From the IMG/VR virus record IMGVR_UViG_3300037419_000866, positions 1 through 42,231 of that record: a DNA stretch of 42,231 nt; one strand, 5' to 3'. The notes under the pieces are model-generated. The model was not told where the DNA came from. It ran no database searches and worked only from the letters and a program-made list of their open reading frames with translations. The position numbers and the translations under genes were made by a program. This stretch comes from a virus. This document shows, in pieces, positions 7,026-13,996 of the stretch (positions within the stretch are counted from its first letter, which is position 1; each line of letters starts with the position of its first letter).

Positions 7026-7364
7026 GCGATACGTCTCGACCATGTCTACGATTGCCTTCAGGACTTCATCCGCTGCCCTAGCTTGGCCCTGGTCGTCGAC
7101 TGGAGGTATCGGCGCAGCCTCAGAATCGATCTGACGCGGCGCTGTTCCAGGCTTCCCATGTAACAGCCAGTGCGGATCAATCCCAAGAACCTCGCTGGCA
7201 CGTGTCAGCTTGGGGCCGGATATCTCCTTGATCCCTCCTGAGTCAACACTCTTCTCCCAATCGGTCGCAGTCGCATTCGATACGCCTACGGCAGCAGCGA
7301 ATGCCGTCTTAGACATCTCCTTGGCGATGCGTGCCGCCCGTAATCTTTGTTTCCAATCTTCCAT
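6927..7364 (-). CDS. cI: CI-type prophage repressor, XRE-family HTH, with no S24 peptidase domain (145 aa)
   Basis: The N-terminal HTH is MSKTAFAAAVGVSNATATDWEK. The gene is flanked by the operator clusters and is divergent from the cro-like gene. The C-terminal 70 aa are too short for, and lack, the Ser/Lys autocleavage module. Confidence 0.8.
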   Translation of the reverse strand: MEDWKQRLRAARIAKEMSKTAFAAAVGVSNATATDWEKSVDSGGIKEISGPKLTRASEVLGIDPHWLLHGKPGTAPRQIDSEAAPIPPVDDQGQARAADEVLKAIVDMVETYRLAGPADRARIDLVIREIRNRVGTFDQAQSRAR

Positions 7365-7433
7365 TAGGCAATCCTAAACAAATTTCATTTAGGTCAGCCT
7401 GAAAGTGCTTGACAGCTTTTCAGGTATGCCTAA
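7364..7433. promoter_or_regulatory. Right operator cluster, three sites
   Basis: 7364-7377 is TTAGGCAATCCTAA and abuts the repressor ATG. 7389-7402 is TTAGGTCAGCCTGA. 7420-7433 is TCAGGTATGCCTAA and overlaps the PR -10. Confidence 0.75.
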
Positions 7434-7437
7434 AAAT
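7409..7437 (+). promoter_or_regulatory. PR-like early rightward promoter
   Basis: TTGACA (7409-7414), a 16-17 nt spacer, then TAAAAA/AAAAAT (7431-7437). The operator-over-the-(-10) design mirrors PL. Confidence 0.7.
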
Positions 7438-7443
7438 GGAGGT

Positions 7444-7662
7444 ATGACTACCCCTCTCACCGATAGCCAAATCATCGACGCCCTGGGCGGAACCAGCGAA
7501 ACCGCGCGGCTCTGCGAAGTTCAGCCGGCATCGGTGTCCGAATGGCGCAAGACCGGAATCCCCAAGGCGCGACTGATGTTTATCCGTCTTGCCCGGCCCG
7601 AACTCTTCAACGCTTCCGCGCCGCGCCGCCGAAAGACCGACAAGGCAGCTGCCACGTCCTAG
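7444..7662 (+). CDS. cro: Cro-like repressor (YdaS/Cro-type HTH, 72 aa)
   Basis: ATG at 7444 follows GGAGG. The pattern ALGGTSETARLCEVQPASVSEWRKTGIPKAR is typical of Cro/YdaS-type HTH proteins. It is the first gene after PR. Confidence 0.7.
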   Translation: MTTPLTDSQIIDALGGTSETARLCEVQPASVSEWRKTGIPKARLMFIRLARPELFNASAPRRRKTDKAAATS

Positions 7663-7791
7663 TCCCAATACCCGAGCAACCCTCTTCCCGCGCGCCCAAA
7701 AACTTGCCAGCAGGAAGAAGCCATTGAGCAACAGCAGCACCCGCCGGCCGCAAGGCCGTCCACGTAACCCGCAACACCAAGGAGAAACACC

Positions 7792-8046
7792 ATGCTTTAC
7801 AACCCTGAAGCCCGTGATGACACGATCGAAATCTGCGTGAACCAGGCCGAGAAGAACGCTGCGAAGGCGCTCTGCAAGGCGCTCGGAATCGGGGTCTCGA
7901 CGTGGTACCGGAACCTCGGCAATGCCGAATTGCAACGCCATGGTACGCCCCCGGGCAAGCCGAAAGAATCCGGAGGATGTCGGGGGGTTGGTCGCCCGGC
8001 CAGCCGTGCAGGCGGTGCAAAAGGTGGCGTCAGGAGGAATCTTTAA
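7792..8046 (+). CDS. Putative small HTH regulator in the cII position (84 aa)
   Basis: The RBS is AAGGAGAA. LCKALGIGVSTWYRNLGN is an HTH-like segment. The C-terminal third is Gly/Arg-rich, so the true stop or function is uncertain. Confidence 0.5.
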   Translation: MLYNPEARDDTIEICVNQAEKNAAKALCKALGIGVSTWYRNLGNAELQRHGTPPGKPKESGGCRGVGRPASRAGGAKGGVRRNL

Positions 8047-8073
8047 TGGCTTCCGTCTGCGCCACGAAGCGGC

Positions 8074-8102
8074 AAAAAAATAGCCCGGAGGGAGAGCCGG
8101 GC
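8074..8102 (-). terminator. Rho-independent terminator oriented leftward inside the rightward operon
   Basis: The minus strand reads GCCCGG-CTCTCCCT-CCGGGC followed by TATTTTTTT. No T-tract follows the hairpin on the plus strand. Confidence 0.5.
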
Positions 8103-8118
8103 CATTGAGGAAATAACA

Positions 8119-8310
8119 ATGAGCAAATTATCACATGAAAGCAAGGCGGCAACAAAGGTGATCGCGAAAGCGTGCACCTGGGCCGATCGTCGCAAGTCGA
8201 TGCAGGCTGCACCTGAGGATCAGGTGGCACGCGAAGCTGGACGCTACCGTGTCAGCATCAACGAGCTGGCCGAGGCCGTCGAGCACTACCGCAAGCAGGC
8301 GGGGGAATGA
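8119..8310 (+). CDS. Hypothetical early protein (63 aa)
   Basis: Track ORF with RBS GAGGAA 6 nt upstream. Confidence 0.6.
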   Translation: MSKLSHESKAATKVIAKACTWADRRKSMQAAPEDQVAREAGRYRVSINELAEAVEHYRKQAGE

Positions 8311-8519
8311 TGGACAACATCGTCTCTCGTGACGTGATCCGCCGGAAGGCACGCAGCGCGTACAAGCGCCGCGTGCCCCGCGACGGTCACAACTTCAACT
8401 GGCACAGCGTCGACGCTATCAGCACGTGGCAAGCCGAATGGGACCTGTGTGCCGCCGCTGAATCGGCAGTGCTGAAGATCAAGCCGATGCTGGCTCGCGC
8501 TGCCGGGAGCCCGCCATGA
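8307..8519 (+). CDS. Hypothetical early protein (70 aa)
   Basis: ATGA overlap with the upstream gene. Confidence 0.6.
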   Translation: MMDNIVSRDVIRRKARSAYKRRVPRDGHNFNWHSVDAISTWQAEWDLCAAAESAVLKIKPMLARAAGSPP

Positions 8520-8917
8520 CGAAGCCCAAGATCAAATCCGAACGACAGGCGTTCCTTGAGCGCCTGTCCGATCTCGTCGAGCAGCGCCTTGTCGAGGCCG
8601 CCCCTGATGGCCTGACCCTTCAGGAGGCAACGCGCGGCTTCCCGGTCGCGACCAGCACCGTGCGCGAACGCCTGGAAGCGCTTGAGGAGTTGGGCATCGT
8701 TCACCGTGTCCGCCATACCGTTCCAGGCCGCGTGGGCATGTTCTTCCTGTGGCACATCGGCGCCAAGCCTGCCGCAGCGTACGTAGAGAAGCATACTCCC
8801 AACGCATTGCCGGGCTCCGTCCCGCGTCAACCCACCTTCCGCGTCTATCCGGCCGTCGACCGCCGTGATCCGCTCGTCGCCGCGCTGTTTGGCCCTGCCG
8901 GCAAGGAGGCCGCATGA
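8516..8917 (+). CDS. Winged-helix DNA-binding protein (133 aa)
   Basis: TLQEATRGFPVATSTVRERLEALEELGIVHRV is a MarR-like wHTH. The ORF has ATGA overlaps at both ends. Its C-terminal DPLVAALFGPAG resembles the tail of ORFs 14586 and 15205. Confidence 0.65.
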   Translation: MTKPKIKSERQAFLERLSDLVEQRLVEAAPDGLTLQEATRGFPVATSTVRERLEALEELGIVHRVRHTVPGRVGMFFLWHIGAKPAAAYVEKHTPNALPGSVPRQPTFRVYPAVDRRDPLVAALFGPAGKEAA

Positions 8918-9405
8918 GCAAGTCGAAAAAACCCCGCAAGCAGTACCGCCCGCGCCCAGTCGCGCAGCACGGCGGCCTCGTGGCTATCGCCATGTGCCAT
9001 GCACGCGGTGAGAACGCCTCTACCCTCACCACGGACCAGACGACCGACCTGGGCGTCGCCTACTGGCTGTCGTTCGAGAACCTGCGTGCCGGCGACGCCA
9101 ACGAGGAATCGTGGTCCTGCGTCGCCTGTGCACTGAACGTCGCTCTTGTCCTGTGCGAGAAGGGTATCGGCGCCGAGTACGAGCAGCAGCTGGTCACGGC
9201 CCTCGACGGCTGCTTCCGCGCCAAGATCCGCAGCGCCAAGACCGGAAACTTCCGCTTGGACGGCGACGCCCTGCGCGACATCGAGACCGCCCTGCAGATC
9301 CACGATGAGCAGATGGCGATCGCGAAGCGCTGGGAGGTCACGGCCGCCATGAACACGATCTACAAGCGCCTCGCCGAGGGCAACGTGTACAGGGAGGCCG
9401 CATGA
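8914..9405 (+). CDS. Hypothetical early protein (163 aa)
   Basis: Track ORF with coupled starts and stops. Confidence 0.65.
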   Translation: MSKSKKPRKQYRPRPVAQHGGLVAIAMCHARGENASTLTTDQTTDLGVAYWLSFENLRAGDANEESWSCVACALNVALVLCEKGIGAEYEQQLVTALDGCFRAKIRSAKTGNFRLDGDALRDIETALQIHDEQMAIAKRWEVTAAMNTIYKRLAEGNVYREAA

Positions 9406-9620
9406 TCGCCTACGAAGCCATCGGCCCCAACGCCAACGGCGACTTCGTCATCGCCTACCCGACGCCTGGCGCACCGCACATCATGACCGCCGCCGGCGTT
9501 TGCTCCGATCTGCGTATGGCGCAGACCGAGTGCGCGCGCCTGAACGAAGCCCAGGTCGTCGACCGCCGCGCCGCGATGGTCCGCAAGGCGAACATGATCG
9601 TTCGCGACCGGGAGAACTGA
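9402..9620 (+). CDS. Hypothetical early protein (72 aa)
   Basis: Track ORF with an ATGA overlap upstream. Confidence 0.55.
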   Translation: MIAYEAIGPNANGDFVIAYPTPGAPHIMTAAGVCSDLRMAQTECARLNEAQVVDRRAAMVRKANMIVRDREN

Positions 9621-9621
9621 C

Positions 9622-10425
9622 ATGGCCGGCGAATGGATCAAAGTGCGCACGAACCTGTGGGACGACCCGCGCATCGGCCAGCTGTGCGAGCTAACGGACC
9701 AGGGCGAAGCCGCGGTCATCGGCGGCCTGTACTGGCTTTGGGCGACCGCTGACGAGCACTCGTCGGATGGTCTCTTGCACGGCATGACGACACGAACCAT
9801 CGATCGCAAGACCTGCGTCCCTGGCCTAGGCAAAGCTCTGGTAACGATCGGCTGGCTGTCAGAGACCGAACAGGGCGTTACCGTGTCGCGCTTCGACGAG
9901 CACAACGGAGCGTCTGCGAAACAGCGCGCACAGACTGCAAAACGTGTTTCTAACCACAAGGCTAACGCAAAGGTAACGCCAGAAGCGTTACCGAAACAGG
10001 ATGACACCGTTACTGGTGCGTTACCTAGAGAAGATAAGAATAAAGAAGAACATCCCCCCATACCCCCCAAGGGGGGCGACGAGGGATCGCAAAGCGACAG
10101 CCCGAAGCGCAAAGCAGCCACCTCGTTGCAGACCTACCTCGACGAATGCCGCAAAGCCGGCGCCAAGGCAATCCCTGAAGGCCATGCCGTGTTCGCCTAC
10201 GCCTCGAAGGTCGGCATCCCGGACGAGTTCCTGCGCCTGCATTGGCTTGAGTTCAAGGACCGCTACACCATGCCCGACGCCAAGCGGTACAAGTCCTGGG
10301 CGACCGTGTTCCACAAGTCGGTGAAGGGCAACTGGTTCCGGCTTTGGCACTGCAACGGCAACGGCGCGTACGTCCTGTCGACCACTGGCGTGCAGGCCCA
10401 GCGTGACCACGGGGAGGCGGCATGA
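9622..10425 (+). CDS. Putative replication initiator / replisome organiser (lambda O-like role)
   Basis: 267 aa, immediately upstream of and overlapping dnaB. It has an N-terminal EWIKVRTNLWDDPRI...LYWLWATADEH-type domain and a central low-complexity linker that coincides with an iteron/AT-rich DNA segment. Confidence 0.6.
   Translation: MAGEWIKVRTNLWDDPRIGQLCELTDQGEAAVIGGLYWLWATADEHSSDGLLHGMTTRTIDRKTCVPGLGKALVTIGWLSETEQGVTVSRFDEHNGASAKQRAQTAKRVSNHKANAKVTPEALPKQDDTVTGALPREDKNKEEHPPIPPKGGDEGSQSDSPKRKAATSLQTYLDECRKAGAKAIPEGHAVFAYASKVGIPDEFLRLHWLEFKDRYTMPDAKRYKSWATVFHKSVKGNWFRLWHCNGNGAYVLSTTGVQAQRDHGEAA
9839..10077. other. ori-like region: GGTAACGC/GCGTTACC iterons, an A/G-rich AT island and a C6-AA-G6 palindrome
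   Basis: Exact motif copies lie at 9875-9882, 9972-9979, 9985-9992 and 10018-10025, with near copies at 9839-9846, 9961-9968 and about 10008-10017. TAGAGAAGATAAGAATAAAGAAGAACA lies at 10026-10052 and CCCCCCAAGGGGGG at about 10064-10077. Confidence 0.5.
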
Positions 10426-11762
10426 CTGAGCAATTCAACATCGAGGCGGAACAGGCCGTGCTCGGCGCCCTCCTTCGCGACAACGACGCGTTCGACCGCA
10501 TCCCTTCGCTGGACGCCTCGCACTTCTTCCGCGGCGACCACCGCAACGTGTTCGCCGAGATCGCCAAGCAGCTGGCCGCCGGCAAGCGTGTGGACGCTGT
10601 CACGCTGGCCGAGCGTCTGGACCCGGAACTGCTGCCGTACCTCGCCGGCCTGCACTCGTCGGCCGCCAGCGCGGCGAAGATCGAGTACCACGCGAACATC
10701 GTCACCGAGAAGGCGACGCGCCGCGCGCTGTCTGCCCTGGCCGTCGACCTCGCCGCCGATGCCGAATCGGGCAAAGACAGCGCCGAGTCGATCGCCGACG
10801 CCGCGGCGAAGCTGGACGCCATGGCGCAGCGCAAGACGTCGAAGGACCCGCGCCGCCTCGACGATACCCTGACCGAGTACCTGACGTTGCTGCAGCAGCG
10901 ACTTGACGGCAAGGTGCGCCCGATCCCGACCGGCTACCGGCACCTCGACGAGATGCTCGACGGCGGGCTCGAGCGCGGCACGCTGACGGTCATCGCCGGC
11001 CGCCCCGGCACCGGCAAGACGGCCGCGGGCCTGGGCATCTGCCGCAACGCCGCGCGCGACTACTCGGCCCTGTTCCTGTCGATGGAGATGTCGACGAACC
11101 AGGTCAACGACCGCAACATCTCAGCGCTCGCCCAGGTCGACATGTCGTGGCTGCGCAAGCCCGGAGAAGGCCGAGACGACACCGCGCGCTGGGAAGCGAT
11201 CACCGCGGCGACGATCAACTCGCGCAAGCTGAACCTGTTCATCGACGACCAGACCGGCCTGTCCATCCCCGAGATCCGCGCCAAGGCCCGAAAGATCAAA
11301 CGCCAGCACGGCTGTGACGTCATCTGCATCGACCAGCTGTCATTCATCACCGGCGCCAAGTCCGACAAGCTGCACGAGGCGATGGGCGAGTACACCCGCG
11401 GCCTCATCGCCCTGGGCAAGGAGCTGGACGCGGCGATCATCCTGCTCGCCCAGTTGAACCGAGAATGCGAGAAGCGCGGCGACAAGCGCCCGATCATGTC
11501 CGACCTGGGCGTGTCCGGCTACATCGAGCAGGACGCGGCCAACATCATCTTCCTGTACCGCGACGTGCTGTGGAACCCGGAGACCGAGGACAAGGACATC
11601 TGCGAGTGGATCAGCGCGAAGCAGCGGCAAGGCCAGCCCGGCGTCGTCGGCCTGCGCTACGTCGGCACGCAGACCCGCTTCGAAGACCTGCCGTATCGCT
11701 GGCACCGTCGCACGCCGCAACCCGGCCCGCGCTTGGCATCGAGCCGCGGGGGCTTCAATTGA
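10422..11762 (+). CDS. dnaB: Replicative DNA helicase DnaB
   Basis: 446 aa. It has the N-terminal NIEAEQAVLGALL motif, Walker A GRPGTGKT and a RecA-like C-terminal domain (DQLSFI..., LAQLNRE). Confidence 0.9.
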   Translation: MTEQFNIEAEQAVLGALLRDNDAFDRIPSLDASHFFRGDHRNVFAEIAKQLAAGKRVDAVTLAERLDPELLPYLAGLHSSAASAAKIEYHANIVTEKATRRALSALAVDLAADAESGKDSAESIADAAAKLDAMAQRKTSKDPRRLDDTLTEYLTLLQQRLDGKVRPIPTGYRHLDEMLDGGLERGTLTVIAGRPGTGKTAAGLGICRNAARDYSALFLSMEMSTNQVNDRNISALAQVDMSWLRKPGEGRDDTARWEAITAATINSRKLNLFIDDQTGLSIPEIRAKARKIKRQHGCDVICIDQLSFITGAKSDKLHEAMGEYTRGLIALGKELDAAIILLAQLNRECEKRGDKRPIMSDLGVSGYIEQDAANIIFLYRDVLWNPETEDKDICEWISAKQRQGQPGVVGLRYVGTQTRFEDLPYRWHRRTPQPGPRLASSRGGFN

Positions 11763-11947
11763 CACACCGCCCGCCCGAACCCTGCGTCCTATGCGCCCGC
11801 TTCCGCCGCCAGGACGACGCACCGGCCGGACACGGGCACTGCAGCGGCTTCGACAAGCTACGCCGCCACGACGACACCAACGAGGCGTGCCCGCTGTGGA
11901 GCCGGGCGAAGGATGAGGCAAGGCGCAGGACGCGGGCAGAGAAATAG
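11759..11947 (+). CDS. Small Cys/His-rich ORF (62 aa, TTG start coupled to the dnaB stop)
   Basis: This is the tail of track ORF 11465..11947 beyond dnaB: LTHRPPEPCVLCARFRRQDDAPAGHGHCSGFD...ACPLW. My hand count gives GC3 of about 84%. There is no in-frame ATG, so the start is uncertain. Confidence 0.35.
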   Translation: MTHRPPEPCVLCARFRRQDDAPAGHGHCSGFDKLRRHDDTNEACPLWSRAKDEARRRTRAEK

Positions 11948-11958
11948 GAGAAAACGAA

Positions 11959-12522
11959 ATGACCGTAGCTGTACTTTTTGCAAGGGCAGACAGCAACTAC
12001 AAGGCCATGCCGAGCTGTGACGTCTTCGACATCGAGCGCGACGCGCGCACGTTCGCCGGCGGTATGCCTGTGGTGGCGCACCCACCCTGCCGGGCATGGG
12101 GTCGCATGCGCCAGTTTGCACAGCCACGCCAGGACGAGAAGGATCTGGCCCGCTTCGCTGCCGCCAACATTCGAGCTTGGGGAGGCGTGCTTGAGCACCC
12201 GGCCGAGTCCACGCTGTGGGGCGACCAGCTGTTGCCATTCCCCGGGCGCGCGCCTGATCGCTTCGGCGGCTGGACCATGGCAATCGACCAGTTCCACTTC
12301 GGGCACCGCGCTGAGAAATCGACTTGGTTGTACATCGTCGGCTGCCACCCGGACGACTTGCCGCCGATACCGCGCAGGGAAGGAAGCCCGACGCACTGCA
12401 TCCGGCCGACGAAGAGCTACCCGCGGCTGCCGTCCGTGACGAAAGCAGAGCGCGAGCACACGCCGCCGGCTCTGGCTGAATGGCTGGTTGAAGTAGCCCG
12501 CCGCTGCCAGCGCAGCATCTGA
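11959..12522 (+). CDS. Mini C5-cytosine-methyltransferase-like protein (187 aa) of unknown activity
   Basis: Motif order by eye: VLFARADS (degenerate motif I, no Gly loop), AHPPCRAWG (motif IV PC-type Cys), LEHPAES (motif VI ENV-like), FGHRAEKSTWLYIVG (motif VIII-like), VTKAEREHTPPALAEW (motif X-like). It has no target-recognition domain. Confidence 0.45.
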   Translation: MTVAVLFARADSNYKAMPSCDVFDIERDARTFAGGMPVVAHPPCRAWGRMRQFAQPRQDEKDLARFAAANIRAWGGVLEHPAESTLWGDQLLPFPGRAPDRFGGWTMAIDQFHFGHRAEKSTWLYIVGCHPDDLPPIPRREGSPTHCIRPTKSYPRLPSVTKAEREHTPPALAEWLVEVARRCQRSI

Positions 12523-12559
12523 CGAGACCATTTCGCGCGCGAGCGCAGAGCGATAGAAA

Positions 12560-12808
12560 ATGAATATTTACACCCGCCAGTTCGTGGCCATGTGCCCGAA
12601 CAACAACGAGTCGATCATCTACAACCTGCGCATCGAAACGCTCGATCGCATGATCCACGTCGAGCACATCGTAACTGCCACGGCGCTCATTAAGCAGGGG
12701 TACCACGAGCAGATCGCGGACGAGCTTCATCGCCGCTTCGGCGGCCGTCAGGTGCTGCGTGCGCACCACCACGGTGTCGACATCGAGACGATCCGGGAGT
12801 CGGCATGA
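12560..12808 (+). CDS. QueF-like T-fold mini-protein (82 aa)
   Basis: QFVAMCPNNNESIIYNLRIE aligns by eye with the QueF segment xFTSLCPxTGQPDxxxxxIxY (catalytic Cys), and GYHEQIADEL aligns with the QueF motif FHE(D/Q)C. The predicted beta-beta-alpha-alpha-beta-beta length fits one T-fold unit. It overlaps the next gene by ATGA. Confidence 0.45.
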   Translation: MNIYTRQFVAMCPNNNESIIYNLRIETLDRMIHVEHIVTATALIKQGYHEQIADELHRRFGGRQVLRAHHHGVDIETIRESA

Positions 12809-13566
12809 TCCATTACCACGGTCTGCCCATCACTCCGGCAACAGCCGCTGTGCGGGCGGTCAGCGGCGGCCATGCCTTCGTATCGTTCGCTCGGCCAGAT
12901 CAACTGACCATCGCACTGGAAGCAGCGCAGACCTTCGCCGTCGACAACGGCGCGTTCTCAGCGTGGCGCAGTGGGAGCCCGATCACGGACTGGTCGCGCT
13001 TTTACGATTGGGTGCAGGAGTTGCACCGGTACCCGCCGTTCGACTTCGCCGTGATCCCCGACGTCATCGATGGCAATGAGGCGGACAACGACGCGCTGCT
13101 GGCCGAATGGCCGTGGCGCCTGACTGCCCCGCACATCGGCGCGCCTGTGTGGCACCTGCACGAGTCCCTGGACCGCCTAGACCGCCTAGTCAGCCAGTGG
13201 CCGCGCGTGTGCCTGGGCAGTTCGGGCGAGTTTGCCCAGATCGGCACGCCAGCATGGTGGGTGCGCATGGCTCAGGCCATGGACGTCGTGTGCGACCGCT
13301 CCGGGCGCCCAGCTGCAAAGCTCCACGGCCTGCGCATGCTCAATCCGGATGTGTTCACGCGCTTCCCGTTTGCCTCGGCCGACAGCACGAACATTGCACA
13401 GAACATCGGCATCGATTCGGCCTGGCGCGGCACGTACACCCCGCCGACCAAGGAGGCGCGCGCGGCGCTGATGCGCGAACGGATCGAATCGCAGCAGTCC
13501 GCGATCTTTTGGGACCGCAAGGCTGCACCGATCCAAAGCCCGCTTTTCATGGAAGCGACAGCCTAA
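12805..13566 (+). CDS. TGT/DpdA-like transglycosylase candidate (253 aa)
   Basis: FAVDNGAFSAW resembles the TGT DxGGF substrate-Asp motif and FASADSTNIAQN resembles the FD(S/C) nucleophile-Asp strand. It starts with IHYHGLPITP, has no CxCxxC zinc site, and sits in the nin-like region. Confidence 0.45.
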   Translation: MIHYHGLPITPATAAVRAVSGGHAFVSFARPDQLTIALEAAQTFAVDNGAFSAWRSGSPITDWSRFYDWVQELHRYPPFDFAVIPDVIDGNEADNDALLAEWPWRLTAPHIGAPVWHLHESLDRLDRLVSQWPRVCLGSSGEFAQIGTPAWWVRMAQAMDVVCDRSGRPAAKLHGLRMLNPDVFTRFPFASADSTNIAQNIGIDSAWRGTYTPPTKEARAALMRERIESQQSAIFWDRKAAPIQSPLFMEATA

Positions 13567-13621
13567 CCACCACCCCGCCCGGCCGCCGGGCGGCAACAAC
13601 AACGATAGGGAGAACCTGAAC

Positions 13622-13996
13622 ATGATGGACGAAATCAAGCAACTGATCGAAATGATCGCGAAGCTGCCGCAACTGGCAATCTGGGTGTTGGTCGCCTTCT
13701 GGGCCTACAAGGTGATCGTCATAGGCTCTGTGTACGGCGTCATCCGCTTCGTGGTCGAAAAGGTCCACTCGTGGGCGACGACTCCGAAGGAAAAGCTGGA
13801 GATCATCGACGTACGAGGAAAGCTCGATAAGCTCACAATCGGATCGCCCGAGCTGCTGATCTCGCAAATTGGCCGGCTCGTCGGCAAGCGCGTGAGCATC
13901 TCTACGAGCTTCCTGCATGACCAGAGCATCCAGTGGCTCCGTGAGGCTATCGACGAGAAAGAAGCGCGTGAACGCGAAGCCAAGGTGCGCGCATGA
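13622..13996 (+). CDS. Membrane-anchored hypothetical protein (124 aa)
   Basis: Track ORF with an N-terminal TM segment LAIWVLVAFWAYKVIVIGSVYGVI. Its GC is lower than that of its neighbours. Confidence 0.6.
   Translation: MMDEIKQLIEMIAKLPQLAIWVLVAFWAYKVIVIGSVYGVIRFVVEKVHSWATTPKEKLEIIDVRGKLDKLTIGSPELLISQIGRLVGKRVSISTSFLHDQSIQWLREAIDEKEAREREAKVRA

Noticed and set aside
7745-7758. boxB-like hairpin CGGCC-GCAA-GGCCG (GNRA loop) between cro and the cII-like gene, as a possible nutR
   Set aside because: I found no N-like gene, no boxA, and no second copy downstream of PL. A 5-bp GC stem is easily produced by chance in this composition.
13567-13621. GC hairpin CCGCCCGG-N3-CCGGGCGG after the DpdA-like gene, as a terminator
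   Set aside because: It is followed by CAACAACAACG rather than a T-tract, so an intrinsic terminator is not supported.
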